64,000 nt of DNA from Octopus sinensis (GCF_006345805.1 NW_021833423.1:15285-79284); one strand, 5' to 3'; positions 11,612-26,029 are shown, counted from the first letter of the stretch. Translations and numbers: made by a program. Notes: generated from the sequence alone by a model not told the origin.

Positions 11612-12351
11612 TATGAGGTCTTGTCAAAAAGTTCCCGGACTAGTTGTGTTCAATATTTACCTAAGTCTTAATACCATCTCCTTCGAAATAGTCACCTTGA
11701 GCAGCGATACACCGCTCCCAGCGTTCCTGCCACTTTTGGAATCCAGCATGGAAATCCGTAAACGAGTCGAAGATCTTCTGTGATCCGCTCTAGACCTCGA
11801 CAATGGCGACGTTTCAGCTACATTTTCATCTTGAGGAAGATATAAAAGTCTGCAGGTGCTAAATCTTGCGAACAGAGCGGATTCGGAAGCGATGCCATAT
11901 TGTTTTAGGGAAAAAAACTCATGTGTGTGGAGAGCTCGGTGACAATGATGAATCCAATTTTTCACGTTCCTCAGATCCGGTCGCTTTCGCAGAATGTCCA
12001 CCCTGAAATGCTTAAAAACGTCACAGTAGAACTCTCGATCGACGGTTTGGCCCTGGTGCGGGGGTTGAATTCCCGATGCACAATTCCGCGGATGTTGAAA
12101 AAGAAAAAAGAGATTACAACTCTTACTTGAGCTGCGGGTCCGTTGCCTTCTTCGGTTGTTGAGATGAATGGTACTGCCATAGTGATGACTGCTGCTTCAT
12201 TTCAGAGTCGTACCTGTAATACACCCAACGCTCTTAACCGGTGATGATTCTCGACACGAAGGATGGGTCAACAGCGGCACGGTGATGGAGATCTTGACAG
12301 ATTTCAATGCAATGTTCTTTCTTCTCAGTGTTCCGCAGGCGGGGCAAAAAC

Positions 12352-12352
<1 letters not shown>
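11612..12352 (-). mobile_element. mariner (DD34D-type) transposon relic
   Basis: Frameshifted minus-strand fragments FFNIRGIVHREF, RKRPDLRNVKNWIHH and DLAPADF. A TIR-like TATGAGGTCTTGTCAAAAAGTTCCCGGACT is at the left end. Confidence 0.75.
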
Positions 12353-12397
<45 letters not shown>

Positions 12398-12489
12398 TGA
12401 TGATGATGATGATGATGATTATGATGATAACAAGAAGAAGAAGAAGAAGAAGAAGAAGAAGAAGAAGAAGAAGAAGAAGAAGAAGAAGA

Positions 12490-12660
12490 AAAGGTACTGA
12501 AGCCTATTTGAAAATGATACCAAGCTCACCATCCCTACAGGAAGAGCAAAAAAATCGTGTTAACTGGAACGACTCATGTACTGAGAAGAGCATTATCACT
12601 GTGAAAACAACATCCAAACATGAATTTATTTGTTTATTAATTTTTTTTAAATACACATTT
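12490..12660 (+). mobile_element. R4/Dong-type (RLE) LINE 3' fragment
   Basis: KMIPSSPSLQEEQK/IVLTGTTHVLRRALSL resembles the terminal QKxxLLGTAxILRR motif. It follows a TAA/GAT/GAA array. Confidence 0.55.
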
Positions 12661-12777
12661 TACCTGTGAATTTGCGTGTGTAATCTGGGAATGCACACAA
12701 TGAGCTTCTCTGCCCTACGCGTACGGAAAACACTTGGCGAGAAATGGAAGAAAATTTGAAGAAAGGAGGAAAAAAAC

Positions 12778-12845
<68 letters not shown>

Positions 12846-13150
12846 TAATAATAATAATAAAGACACACCGCATGCTCAATTCAGACGTTAGGATTGCCTA
12901 CACGGATACATACGACAGACCAACAATATCAGCAATGGTGTTATTGTGCTCCAACGATCCGTATGCACAAACTGATGAATTTTCTCCACATTTCTAAAGG
13001 TGGCGCTCGTGGCAGACTGCTCATCGTTTTCCAGGCACGTTTTTTCGCTTTTGTTACAGAATAAAGAAACTTGTTTGTTGTTGAAACATTTTAGCAGTTA
13101 AGTTGGTTTAAGTTTGGACGAATGCCATCCTAATAATACTATAAAAGTGT

Positions 13151-13537
13151 GGAGGCGCAATGGCCCAGTGGTTAGGGCAGCGGACTCGCGGTCGGAGGAT
13201 TGCAGTTTCGATTCCCAGACCGGGCGTTGTGTGTGTTTATTGAGCGAAAACACCTAAAGCTCCACGAGGCTCCGGCAGGGGGTGGTAGCGACCCCTGTTG
13301 TACTCTTTCGCCTCAACTTTCTCTCACTCCACTCTTACTTCCTATTTCTGTTGTACCTGTATTTCAAGGGGCCGGCCTTGTCACTCTCTGTGTCACGCTG
13401 AATACCCTGAGAACTACGTTAAGGGTGCACGTGTCTGTGGAGTGCTCAGCCACTTACACGTTAATTTCACGAGCAGGCTGTTCCGTTGATTCGGATCAAC
13501 CGGAACCCTCGTCGTCGTAACCGACGGAGTGCTTCCC
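13151..13537 (+). mobile_element. tRNA(Arg-like)-derived SINE, family C, with 13-bp TSD
   Basis: Head GGAGGCGCAATGGCCCAGTGGTTAGGGCAGCGGACTCGCGGTC...GTTTCGATTCCC. The TSD ACTATAAAAGTGT is at 13138-13150 and 13538-13550. Confidence 0.9.
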
Positions 13538-14068
13538 ACTATAAAAGTGTCATAAACTGATTATCACGATTTTGTTACAAGCACGAGCATAAAATTTGAT
13601 ATAAATATAAACACAAAGTGATGTCAGTCACATACTCATGCCATGTTAGCTGGCTCACATATTCCGTCGTACTACTGGTGTTTGATGTTGATGTTGAATA
13701 TTGCTATTTGATGTTGAATATTGCTAATATTACGACGTAGAGGTAAAAAATAAATATACATCATATTTTATAAAACTAAGTTTCAAAAGTGTTTTCTTTT
13801 GCGTGCATAAAAAAACAAAATCCAGTTACGTATCTACGCTAATACGTAGAATAAAAATGGAATAATTCAAGAGGAAAATATTCAATGAAACATCTTTTTA
13901 GATGGTATTCTAAAATTGCCTATTTGTTAGGATGCTAATTATATGTATGTATGCACATATATTCATATACATACGGGTGTGTGTGTAAACACACACATAC
14001 AAGCACATACACAAATGTATATACATGCATATATGTGTTTGTGTATGTACGTATATTATATATACTAT

Positions 14069-14124
<56 letters not shown>

Positions 14125-15059
14125 ACATATATATATAATATATGTATGTATGTATGTACATATATGTGTGTGTATACGTGTGTGTATTTGTCTCTGTGTG
14201 TGTGTGTTGATGTGAGAGTGTTATTGTGTACGTATTTCGGGTGGGAGAGCATGAGAATATTGAGGGTGTTTCTACGTGCGTGTATATATGTATGTTTTTT
14301 TTTTTTTTTTTTTGTATATTTGTGAGTTAGACATATATCAAGAATACGTTTAGTTATAATTGCAAGAAGTAAATATCCATAACAACACCAATAATGATGA
14401 CAACAACAACAACAACAACATCTATGATCATAACAAAAAAAACACAACGAATTTAAAGAACAAAAGCACAAAATTAACAAATAATATAAAACAAATCAAT
14501 ATACCCCAAATAGCAAAATCAAAATCGAATCAGAAAATTCATCACGCTAAAACATTAACAACGTCAACAACAACAGCAGCTATAACAATAATAACAACAA
14601 CAACAACAACAACAAGAAACAAGACACCATGATAATAACAGTAAAACAAAGTCTAGGAAATTGTCATACGTGAAGATCGGCAAGATACAATTAAAGCAAA
14701 TATACTTACAACAATAAAGATCTTACATAACAACAACGATGGCGACGAAGTATTCTTCGCCGAGTTATAGCAACTACAAAACCAACAACAACAAAAACGG
14801 AATTAATATTGAATAACGAAATAACAAAAACGATAACAATTCTAAGCATTGGACACCAATAACAACAACAACAACACAACAACAACAACAAAAATTACAA
14901 TAAAAATTACAACAACAGCAGCAACAATACATAAAACAAGTAGAAAATAACAATAACTTTTACCATTATCCAGCTATAATTTACAATTAACATCAGAATA
15001 GACTTCGCTTTCTTTAATCTCAAATTCAATGCTTTCTTTTAGTTGCGCTTACGCTCTTG

Positions 15060-15120
<61 letters not shown>

Positions 15121-16329
15121 GTGTATGATTACCGTATGAAATTTGTCATTGTCGTATGTTGCACACAAGCATGCACACACACACACACACACACACACAT
15201 TCAGGCATATCAGACGCACATACCATACACACGCAGTCATACACACACACACATATATGTATACGTATATTATATATATTATATATGTGTGTGTGTGTGT
15301 GTGTGTGAGTGTGTATGTGTACATATATGTATACGAATGATATATATATGTGTATGTGTGAATGTATACAGATATATGTATATTTTCATAGAACTATATA
15401 TATATATATATATACATATATATATTATATATATGTATATATATATATATATATATATACTATGTATATATATATGTATATATATATATATACACACATA
15501 TATATACACATATATATATATATGTGTATATGCATGTACACATATATATATGGATATATATTTATACATGTATACATACATATACATATATACACACACA
15601 TACATACATATACGTGTGTGTGTGTGTGTGTGTGTGTGCACCTATCTACGTATGTATGTATGTATTTATGTATGTATGTAGGTCTGATCAACGGTTCGTA
15701 TGGCTTCTTTCAGTGTCTTAAATCTTTTCTTTATTCATTCAGAAAGTAATAAAATTTGGAAGGCAGACACACATAACAAACAATTAATATGTGGATATCA
15801 ATTTAGAGTAGACTTAGAGGAAGAAATTAGCAATTCTCCGCTTATTTTCGGATTTAATAAGTTGCTGCGTTTTAAGATTGAACGTCCTCTTCTGCTAGTT
15901 GAACACACACAGATAGACACACACACACACACAACACCATAGATATATAAACAGATACACTCAGACGCACACACATATATGTATGCACATACATATATGT
16001 GTATACATATGCACATATATATGCACACACATATATGTATGCGCATACATATATGTGTATACATATGTGTGTACATATGAGTGTGTGTGTGTGTATAAAT
16101 GAGTATATATTCATAAATTATTGTAAAAATTTGGCACAATGCCAGCAATTTCAGGGTAGTGGGTAAATTGATTACAGCAACCCCAGTGCTCAAATTGTAT
16201 TTATTTTATTGAGACTGCAAAATGGGATGAAAGGTGGCATTTGAAGTTAGAATGTAAAGACTGATTGAATGTTGCTAACGATTCTACCAGATCACCGCCT
16301 CTATATATATATTTATATATTTATTTTTT

Positions 16330-16822
16330 TATTGCCCACAGGGAGCTAAAACATAGAGGGGACAAACAAAGACAAAGGGATTAAGTTGATAACATCGATC
16401 CCAGTGCTTAACTGGTACATATTCTTTTCTACTCTAAGCACAAGGCCCGAAATTTTAGGGGGAGGGGGCAGTCGATTAGATCGACCCCAGTACGCAACTG
16501 GTACTTATTTAATCGACCCCGAAAGGATAAATGTCAAAGTCCACCTCGACGGAATTTGAACTGAGAACTTAGCGGCAGACGAAATACCTATTTCTTTACT
16601 ACCCACAAGAGGTTAAACACAGAAGGGACAAACAAGGACAGAAAAACGGATTTAGTTGATTACATCGACCTCAGTGCGGAACTGGTACTTAATTTATCGA
16701 CTCCGAAAGGATAAAAGGCAAAGTCGCCCTTGGCGGAATTTGAACTCAGAACATAAAGGCAGACGAAATACAGCTACGCATTTCGCCCGGCGTGCTAACG
16801 TTTCTGCCAGCTCGCCGCCTTA
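16330..16822 (-). mobile_element. SINE family B (Meta-domain-like), multimeric
   Basis: Minus-strand head GGCGGCGAGCTGGCAGAAACGTTAGCAC...GAGTTCAAATTCCGCC, followed by repeated GACTTTGCCTTT.ATCCTTTCGG..TCGAT.AA.TAAGTACCAG blocks. Confidence 0.85.
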
Positions 16823-17864
16823 TATTTGTTTATATAATATATACATTCATATACATGTGTGCTTGACGGTATTTAGTTATATGTGTACATGTCTTTATAT
16901 ATGTATATGGATGGATGAATGGATGGATGTACATATATATGTATGTATAACTGTGTGTGCGTTTTTGTATGTGTGTGTGTATGTGCATGTGTGTGTGTGT
17001 TAACACCCTTCCTCTGCAGATGTGCAACAGCTGAGCTCTGCCAATTGTAACTGTGTGTGTTTTCATTTTTAGCTTTGTCCCTGACGCTTGACAGTTGGTG
17101 CTGGTTTGTTTACATTCCTGTGATTTAGCGATTCGACAAATAAGTGGCCAATAAAGTAAATATCAAATTAAACTATAAGTACTGAAGTTAATTTAATCTG
17201 CTACACTTTTCAACGCTTTGCTCCATCACGGCTGCAACCCAAAGAGCCTGAAATAAGGCTTGCAGTTCTGCAGGTGCCAATGGAGAATGATAAAGAATTT
17301 CAGCTCTTCAGGGTGATATTTGCAAAGAAAAGGACATATCTGGCAAGTCTCCAATTTCATGTCAGTAAAACTTGTATGACAGAGCGTTGCGTCTCTGCAG
17401 GATAATGACTGCAAAGGGATACGGATAAAGCTTTGCCCTTCTAATGGGCGGTGTTTTCAACTGGAGAACGACAGTGTTTGTAGGTCTGCAATTTGTTGTC
17501 TGTTGAGGGAGATTTCCTGTTTCGGTTCCGTACAGCTGTTGAGATACAAGATTAGCAAAAAAATTGTTTAGTAAAGTATCTGAAAGATGTGATACAGAAT
17601 AGATATGACAAGAAGAGATACAACTGTGTTGACTGTACAAAGGGGAATTTATTTTGCACCTTATTATTTTAGAAGAGAAAAGCTCATGTTCCTATTTATT
17701 GATGGACGAAAACATAAACGTAATTCTGTAAGGCAGTATCTGTAAAGTATTGTAAGACAAATAATTCTCTGTTACTTGGATGTTATTCTTTGTTAACTGT
17801 ATGTACGTATGTCATTATTCACTTTATTTCAAGATGTCTTGAAAGAACCGGTTTCTATCCTAGA

Positions 17865-18280
17865 TAGGCGAGCTGGCAGAATCGTTAGCACGCCGGGCGA
17901 AATGCTTAGCGGTATTTCGCATGTCTTTACTTTCCGAGTTCAAATTCCGCCGAGGTCGACTTTGCCTTTCATCCTTTCGGGGTCGATTAAATAAGTACCA
18001 GTTACGCACTGAGGTCGATATAATCGACTTAACCTGTTTGTCTGTCCTTGTTTGTCCTCTCTGTGTTTAACCCCTTGTGGATAGTAAAGAAATAGGTATT
18101 TCGTCTGCGTTACGTTGTGAATTCAAATTCCGCCGAGGCCGACTTTGCCTTTCATCCTTTCGGGGTCGATAAATTAAGTACCAGTTACGAACTGGGGTCG
18201 GTGTAATCGACTTAATACCTATGTCTGTTCTTGTTTGTTCCCTCTGTGTTTGGCCCCTTGTGGGTAATAAAGAAATAGGT
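17865..18280 (+). mobile_element. SINE family B, dimeric
   Basis: Head GGCGAGCTGGCAGAATCGTTAGC plus two body units of about 184 bp. Confidence 0.85.
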
Positions 18281-20195
18281 TTCTATCCTAGATCCAAGTC
18301 TCCTTCATTGGAATTACAACAACAGGGTATGTATGTATCTATGTATGCATGTATATATGTATGTGCAGATTTGTGTATTTTATGTATGTATTCTCATGCA
18401 TATAGTTGCATATCTAGACATGCTCATATATGCTCAAATGGAAGCAGTGGTGGTGGTCGTGGTTACAGTGATGGTGGTTGCCGTGGTGGTGGCGAAGGTG
18501 GTGACATTAGTTGCAGCGGTGGTTGTGTGTGATGGTGGTGGTTGTATAGGTGATGGTTGTAGTGGTGTTGGTGTTTGTGGTGGTGGTGACATTAGTTGCA
18601 GCGGTGGACGCAGCGATGGTGGTGATGAAAGTGTCGATGATAGTGGGAGCTTGTAGAGTGTAGCTGTCATCGTTGCCGTCATGGTGCTGCTCGTGTAGCC
18701 GTGGTGTGCGTAGAGGTAAATCTGTCGATACCAGGTGTAGGAATTTATGCTTAAGAGTGATTCTGCAATGAATGGTGACGGTGATGGTGTAGCCAGCTGT
18801 TTGTATGAGAGACCATACTATTACTGTTGATGATAGGGAAAATAAAATTAATGGCGGTTGTGATAGTGGTGATTGTGGTTGTCGTGGTGGCGGTGGCGGT
18901 GGTGGTGTTGTTGTTGTGAAAGGTTTTGGTGGTGCTGATGCTGGTGATGCTGGTACTGATGCTTGTGACGTTGGTGCTGATGGTTGTGATTGTGGTGGTG
19001 GTGGTGGTGGTGGTGATCGATTTGGTGGCGTTTTGGTGGCTGTAACAGTAGCGGCGGCTGTATTGGTGTTTTTTTGTATCTGTGATGGCGCTGCTGCGGC
19101 GGCTGGTGATTTCGTGGCTATAGAGTTGGTGATGTTGCTGGTGGTGTTAGAGGTGGTAGTATTGGCAGTGACGGTGGCGGCGTCGCTGCTGTTGTTGGGT
19201 GTTGGGTGCTATGTGAGGAGGATTTTATGGACGTTTTCTTTGTTTTTTTTTTATGGTTTTTGGTTGGATAATTCCTTGAAACAGGAGAAATTGTTCCTAA
19301 TTTTAAGGATTTAAGCGGATCCCAGTTGGAGAAAATAAATTCTGATGCTGCTGTGTTGTTGCTGCATAATGGCATAATGTGGCGAAATGTGGTGTAGTAT
19401 GTTGCACAGTGATGTAATATTGTCGGTCTATATATAATGTTGTATAGTATTCTCTCTCTATAGTGTGATGCAACGAAGTAGCGTGAACGTATGTTCTGCG
19501 TGTGGTGCTCTGATGTCGGATAAGGCGGTGTAATGAAATGTTCAACGCTTTATGCATTGAAATATGATGTATCGTTGCTGAGTACTGCGTGTGGAACAGC
19601 GCTGTGTACTATCGTGTTGTGTGGTATAAAGAAGAGCGGTGCGATGTGGGTATCTATCCGATGATGTAATGCATTGCAAATATAGTGAAGTGCTTTGTGG
19701 GTGTGTATGTGGTATGGTTTGGTGTAACGTTGTCCCTCATAGGGGTGGGGTTGATGTAATATGATGTAATGTGTTGTAATGCAGTTACGGTGTGGTCGCC
19801 GAAGAAATAGTAAAAAAAAAAATGGAAAAAAAATATATTTGCCAGAAGCTAAAATTGAACGGAGATTCTTCACAAGCAGAGCTTAACGTCAACAAATTGC
19901 TGCCAGCTATATTTGGATGTCCTAACTGCAAAGCCAGAAGGAGATAAGTACCAGAAATTGCGAAACAGATAGAGAATATATTGGAGGAATTATATGCGAG
20001 TTGGAAATATCGAAATATCGAGGAATCGGTTGGATAAAGCAGTTGATATCTCTCACTCTCACACGCGTGGCCCGATGCATGCATATATATATATATATAA
20101 ATCCTCTTTCTTTTCTTTCCTTTCCTGAGCATCCAATAACACAGTGCTTGTTCTACGTCCTCGCGTTGTCTTTTCTTGCTTGTTCTTGTTTAGAT

Positions 20196-20241
<46 letters not shown>

Positions 20242-20269
20242 ATAATATATATATATATATATAAATATA

Positions 20270-20323
<54 letters not shown>

Positions 20324-20425
20324 ATATATATATATATAATATATATATATATATCATATATATATATATAATATATATTAAATTTGTTTATGTGACGATA
20401 TATATATATATATATTTGTGTATGC

Positions 20426-20492
<67 letters not shown>

Positions 20493-20844
20493 ATACATGC
20501 ATATACATATATACACATACATATGTATATATATATATTTATGCATATATATAGATAGGAGAGAGGGAAAGCGAGATAAAGACAGAGAGAGAGAGTTGCA
20601 AACATATATACAAACATACATTCACGCATACATATATGTTATGGAGGAAAATAAAGAGAAAAAATAAATAAAAGAACATTGCTTTCAATCTGTACCACGC
20701 CTCTATCCTTTTAAATGAAAGGCTGCAATGTGTTAGATATGTCCATCTCTGTGGTATGGTTGAATTGAAAGACCTTACTATTGGTATGAGAACTGTAACA
20801 GCAACAAAAACACCACCACTACCACCAATAACAACAACAACAAC

Positions 20845-20890
<46 letters not shown>

Positions 20891-20934
20891 TTAATAATAA
20901 TAATAATGATAATAATAATGACAATAATAATAGC

Positions 20935-21925
20935 TAGAATAGATATAGACTCCGATGTAGGTAATAGTGAAGAAAGTTTATTAAAATCTGCTAGAGCCAC
21001 GGCAAGACGGAAACCAAGGACATAAACGAAGTTAAAAACCATTAAAAAGAACAGAAATTATGTGATTGGCAAGAGGTGTTGCATGGTAGACTCCCAAAGA
21101 TAGTTACAGCAAATAATAGTAGTGAGACATGGTTATGGTTACAGAAAGGAAAGCTGAAGAAGGGGACAGAAAGTTTGTTAGTTACTGCACAAGATCAAAC
21201 ATTAAGGACTAACTGTATAAAAGCCAAGATCGACAAAACCAAGCAGATTCCCAATGTTAATGATGCTAATCAAAAGAGGAGAGCGTTACTCATATCGTAA
21301 GTGAATGTAGCATGCTGGCATAGAAAGAATACAAGAAAATACATGATAATCTAGGGAGATTTGATTGATTGATTCTAGTTTCAGCTTATGAGCTGCGGCC
21401 ATGCTGGGGCACCGCCATATAGAATGGATTTGAACATACTGATAAATGTTGTGAATATGAACCAAGTAAAGTACTATAAAGTAAGAAATATAAGATGTGA
21501 GATTTCAACATTCAGACTGACAGAGTAATAAAAGCTAGAAGGCCTGATTTGGTAGAAGTAGATAGAGAGAATATAAAGTGCCAGATAACTGACTTTACAG
21601 TCCTAAATGAGGAAAATGAGAAGTATAGAAAAAATAGCAAAGTACCAGGCCATGTCTATTGAATTACAGAGACTATGGAAAGTGCGGGTAAATGTATCCC
21701 AGTAGGTATAGGTGCATTGGGAACTATCCCTAAAGATCTGAACAGATGGATGGAGGAAGTAGGTATAAAACCCATTTAGTACAGCTGCAGATAACAGTAT
21801 TATTAGGTACAGCTAGGATACTTAGGAGGTTTCTTGGCGTCTAAGGTTACTTGTTGTAACCAGATGTTGAGATTCTTTTCTTTTCCAACAGTCTAATTTG
21901 TTGAGTGCATATAATAATAATAACA
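20935..21925 (+). mobile_element. R4/Dong-clade non-LTR retrotransposon 3' part (zinc knuckle region + RLE endonuclease), degraded
   Basis: WLWLQKGKLKKGTESLLVTAQDQTLRTN...HIVSECS...DFNIQTDRVIKARRPDLVEVD...GALGTIPKDL...LLGTARILRRFL. It is flanked by (TAA)n on both sides and contains stops and frameshifts. Confidence 0.85.
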
Positions 21926-22168
21926 ACAACAGCAACAATGGAATTGACATGAGAGCCGAGCAAGCCCCCAAAACGGATCTGCTGGGGTCTGCTAGGATTT
22001 TGAGAACGGTAATTGGATGTTGAATGTCTCTCGTGATAATTAACAAGCAAATATCAAAGATTATTATGTGCGGAAAGAGGCCCTGACAGACCTTTGACAG
22101 CAGGTTGTTCTCTGCTCTCATAGAAGTTACCAGAACAAGACCGAGCGTTCTGTAAAGTAAAACAGTAA

Positions 22169-22478
22169 TAACAGGAGCACTCAGAGAGCGCAAACCTCCG
22201 CCAAGGCAACACCAACGTCCTCTCAGTGATTTGCCACAGATGATTTTTTAAAATGATAATATCTGAAATAAACTGAACTGTTCTCACAATCGGGAATGCT
22301 AAAAATGAACCCGACCGCTCACAAAAACTAAGTGAAAAAAAAACAGGAAAAAAATCCCAGAATCCTTGTCCGGTACCGGTTCAATCCCAAAATCTAAACA
22401 GTTCGTGCCAGTTTCGAGGCCAAACATCCCTGAAGGTTTCATCCGAATCCATCCAGCGGTTCTTCAGATATCTTGTCC
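22169..22478. mobile_element. Helentron/DINE-like non-autonomous element fragment
   Basis: AACAGGAGCACTCAGAGAGCGCAAACCTCCGCCAAGGC terminus, plus the TTTCATCCGAATCCATCCAGCGGTTCTT-type core seen in such elements. It is truncated where the Tc1 relic begins. Confidence 0.5.
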
Positions 22479-22479
22479 T

Positions 22480-23394
22480 CGTGCCATTCAGTAAAAATTT
22501 GAGCTGTGTGAATTGGTGCATTATCATCCTGAAAGATTACGTTTCCCTCCAGAAACAGTTACGCAACAATAGGAAGAATTTGATCAGATAAAATGTTAAA
22601 ATAGTCATGACTATTAATTCTGCCATGAAGGGAAAACATTGGGCTGGTGGATTTCCAAGATATAACCCCACCAGATTATATCGGTTCCTCCTCCATGTTT
22701 AACAGTTGGAAGAAGGCAGTCTGAGTCAAATACTCCTTTTGGCTGTCCCCACACGTATACTCGGCCGGTAGTCGGACATAAGGTAAAGGATGACTCGTCT
22801 TAGAAAATAACATCCTTCCTCTGCTCTAGGGACCAATTCTGTAGCTTTTTACTCCACTCTAAATGCATTGCAACCTTTGTTTTTGAAAGTAGTGGTTTTC
22901 TGATTGCTGCAACCCTCCCGTGAAATCCGGCTTTGTGCAGCTCCCAGCGAACAATTTTTGTGGAAACTGGAGTAATTTGAGGAGCTGCTATTTTGTGATC
23001 CTTTCCAACAATTCACGTAAGATTCTGACAGTCCCTATTTGAAAGTTTTGGTTTTCTTCCGGAGTTCTGTTTGGACGAGGAGGTTTTCCCTCTTTCTCAA
23101 AAGCTGTCATTACTTTCTATACAGTACTTCTTGATATACCAAACATTTCAGCTGTTTTCGTTACGCTAGCGCCTGCCATACGAGCAGTCCGATAGATCTC
23201 CCATTTTAATGAATTTTAATTACCTTTTTCTGATGATATCTGAAAAGAAACAGCAATTTTAACAAAACATATTAAGCAACACTAATAATAAATCAAAAGA
23301 CACAAAATAAGCAAGCTTTTAACGATTTAATAGTTATTTCAAAATTATGATGCTATGATGCTAGGTGTTTCCGTTATTTTGTCTAACCCCTGTA
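22480..23394 (-). mobile_element. Tc1-like transposon, 5' two-thirds (pseudogenised transposase)
   Basis: TA-CAGGGGTTAGACAAAATAACGGAAACACC TIR at 23394. Peptides RMAGASVTKTAEMFGISRSTV, DVIF*DESSFTL, LLPTVKHGGG and QDDNAPIHTA. Confidence 0.85.
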
Positions 23395-23554
23395 CCTGGT
23401 GTAAATTCCTCTCCATGTAAATACAATTTTATTTATTCGCTTTCATTCTAAATTTTGTAAAACGAATTTTTTTAATAATACACAGGCATTCGAATATTTT
23501 TTTTTTTTTGACATCTCTTGTTGAGACTTGGATGTAACTTGTACAAATTGAAAC

Positions 23555-23600
<46 letters not shown>

Positions 23601-23639
23601 TAATAATAATAATAATAATAAGCAGATATAATAATAATA

Positions 23640-23920
23640 ATTCTGAAAACAGAAACAATTCCTATCATAGTAGGTGCATTAGGCACGATAAAAAATATTC
23701 AGACAAATACATAACAAAAACACCAGGACTTACAAACACATATAACATACAGAAAATTGCACTACTAGGCACTGCACACATCCTACGCAGAACACTTTCC
23801 ATACAATAACCATCAGAGCATCACAACAAATCACAGCACATACCCAAGGCACACAGAGCTGCGCTCGGTAGTGAAGTGAAAGCACGCTATAAAAATAAAA
23901 CTACTGAATGATGATAATAA
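23640..23920 (+). mobile_element. R4/Dong-type LINE 3' fragment within (TAA)n
   Basis: TETIPIIVGALGTIK...IQKIALLGTAHILRRTLSI, then a 3'UTR with AATAAA and a (TAA)n tail. Confidence 0.75.
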
Positions 23921-25019
23921 TAATAATACTTTCTTCCATAGGCACAATACTTTAAATTTTTTAGAGGAGGTGTCATTAACCCCAGTGCATAAGTGGTACT
24001 CATTACATTGAACCCGAAAGGATGAAAAACAAAGACGACCCTCTGCGGAATTTGAACTGAGAACGTAAAGAGCCGGGAAGAGGACGAAATACCGCTAAGC
24101 ATTTTGTCTAGCGTGTTAAAGATTTTGTCTGCTCACCAATAATAGTTTCAAATTTTAGTGCAAGAACGGCAATTTAGAGACTGAAGGGGTTAATCTATTA
24201 TATTGACCCTAGTGCTTTACTGGTACTGTGTTTCATCTACCCTTTCTATGTGAAAGTACTTTGTATACTTAGTTTAGGTAGAATATAAAAGTATCGGGTG
24301 TGTTAACCTTAATTTTCTCATCGATTTACATGAATACCTCATAAAGAACGTTAAAGAGACCTTCTGCCTTAACAAATCTTCAGTTATAAAATCTTGTCGG
24401 TTAAATATAATTGTGTTATCAATTTATAAAGATGTATCACACAGTGAATGAAACAGACATTTACCTCTTAACGTAATCTTCAATTATGGCCAGTTCTTTG
24501 CTCTATAATTCCATTATAAGTTTACACAGATCTATCTCGAATTAATACGATTTGCTTATTACCAGCGTTGATCTTCGTGTCATTCATCGAAATTTAGTTG
24601 TAGTTTCATACTGCCGTGTAAATATAGCGATATACTCGGTCAGACGTGTGGTTGTGCTGTATAATAACCAACGCCTCAACAAAAAAAAAATCATAATTAT
24701 CGTTTCCACGTATACACAATAAATTTGGAATACAAAACTTGTTATATTTATCTCTACAAAACGTGCGGAATTTGCCTCAAATATACTTCTAGGAAACAGT
24801 ATTTTTTGTTTCTGCACATAACTAACACTAAATGAAAACTCACGTGAAGATCGCTGAGGTCTTATTTGACATGTATTTGTGAAGGAGCTAAACTTTGGAA
24901 GAACTGACAGCCAGAAGGATTAATATTAAAGTCTAGCTTTGAAGTGGCTATGATTGAAATCACAGTATTTGATAAATTTCTATATAACTTCGTGGTGGAT
25001 GTGCTACCACTCTCTTTCA

Positions 25020-25430
25020 CTTTTTTACTCTTTTACTTGTTTCAGTCATTTGACTGCAGCCATGCTGGAGCACCGCCTTTAGTCGAGCAAATCGACCTCG
25101 GGACTTATTCTTTAGAAGCCTAGTACTTAGTCTATCGGTCTCTTTTGCCGAACCGCTAAGTTACGGGGACGTAAACACACCTCCATCGGTTGTCAAGCGA
25201 TGATGGGGGAACAAACACAGACACGCAAACATATACACACACATACATACATACATATATATACATATATACGGCGGGCTTCTTTCAGTTTCTGTCTACC
25301 AAATCCACTCACAAGGCATTGGTCGGCCCGAGGCTATAGCAGAAGACACTTGCCCAAAGTGTCACGCAGTGAGAATGAACCCGGAACCATGTGGCTGCTA
25401 AGCAAGCTACTTACCACACAGCCACTCCTA
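25020..25430 (-). mobile_element. SINE family A (full length)
   Basis: High identity to 198-600. Confidence 0.85.
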
Positions 25431-26029
25431 AACCTTTGAATTTCAAACATCTGTCATTATACCACATTTGAAGGCATAATATTTTAAAGAGCTTGTCATT
25501 AATTAATTGGTGATGGTGTGTTTTCTTAGAGCAGTACGGGTTCTATAATTAACAAATCGAATATTTACACACAACTTCGTATATAATGTAAGTACAGCTA
25601 ATGTTTTAATCTAGAAATACTATATGTCCTGAACTATATTCTCTGAAGAACACAACGCCATTCTGGTCATCAAAAGCTTATCACAAGACGGACAATTCAC
25701 TCAAAACTATACCGTTGTCATTTTCATCATCACCATCATCGACATCATCATCATTATCACCACCACTACCATCATCATCATCATCGCAACTACTGCCAGA
25801 ATACTATCTCGGCGAAACGAACAATTTAACACAGTTATAGCCCCACATTATCATAATCATTTCTACCATCGTCTTTAGAGCCACAAAAAGCCCACGCAAC
25901 TATTAACATTGCTATTACACTGTCACTATTGAATGGTCCTGTTAGCCCTACGTTTACATGTAACTGCCACAACCACAACCTGCTAATATCATGGATCAAA
26001 AATTAAACAGAAGAAAGGATCAAAGATCT

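Noticed and set aside
13151-13222. tRNA-Arg-like sequence as a genuine tRNA gene
   Set aside because: It is the head of a SINE with a body, a tail, a 13-bp TSD and a second copy at 32981-33344.
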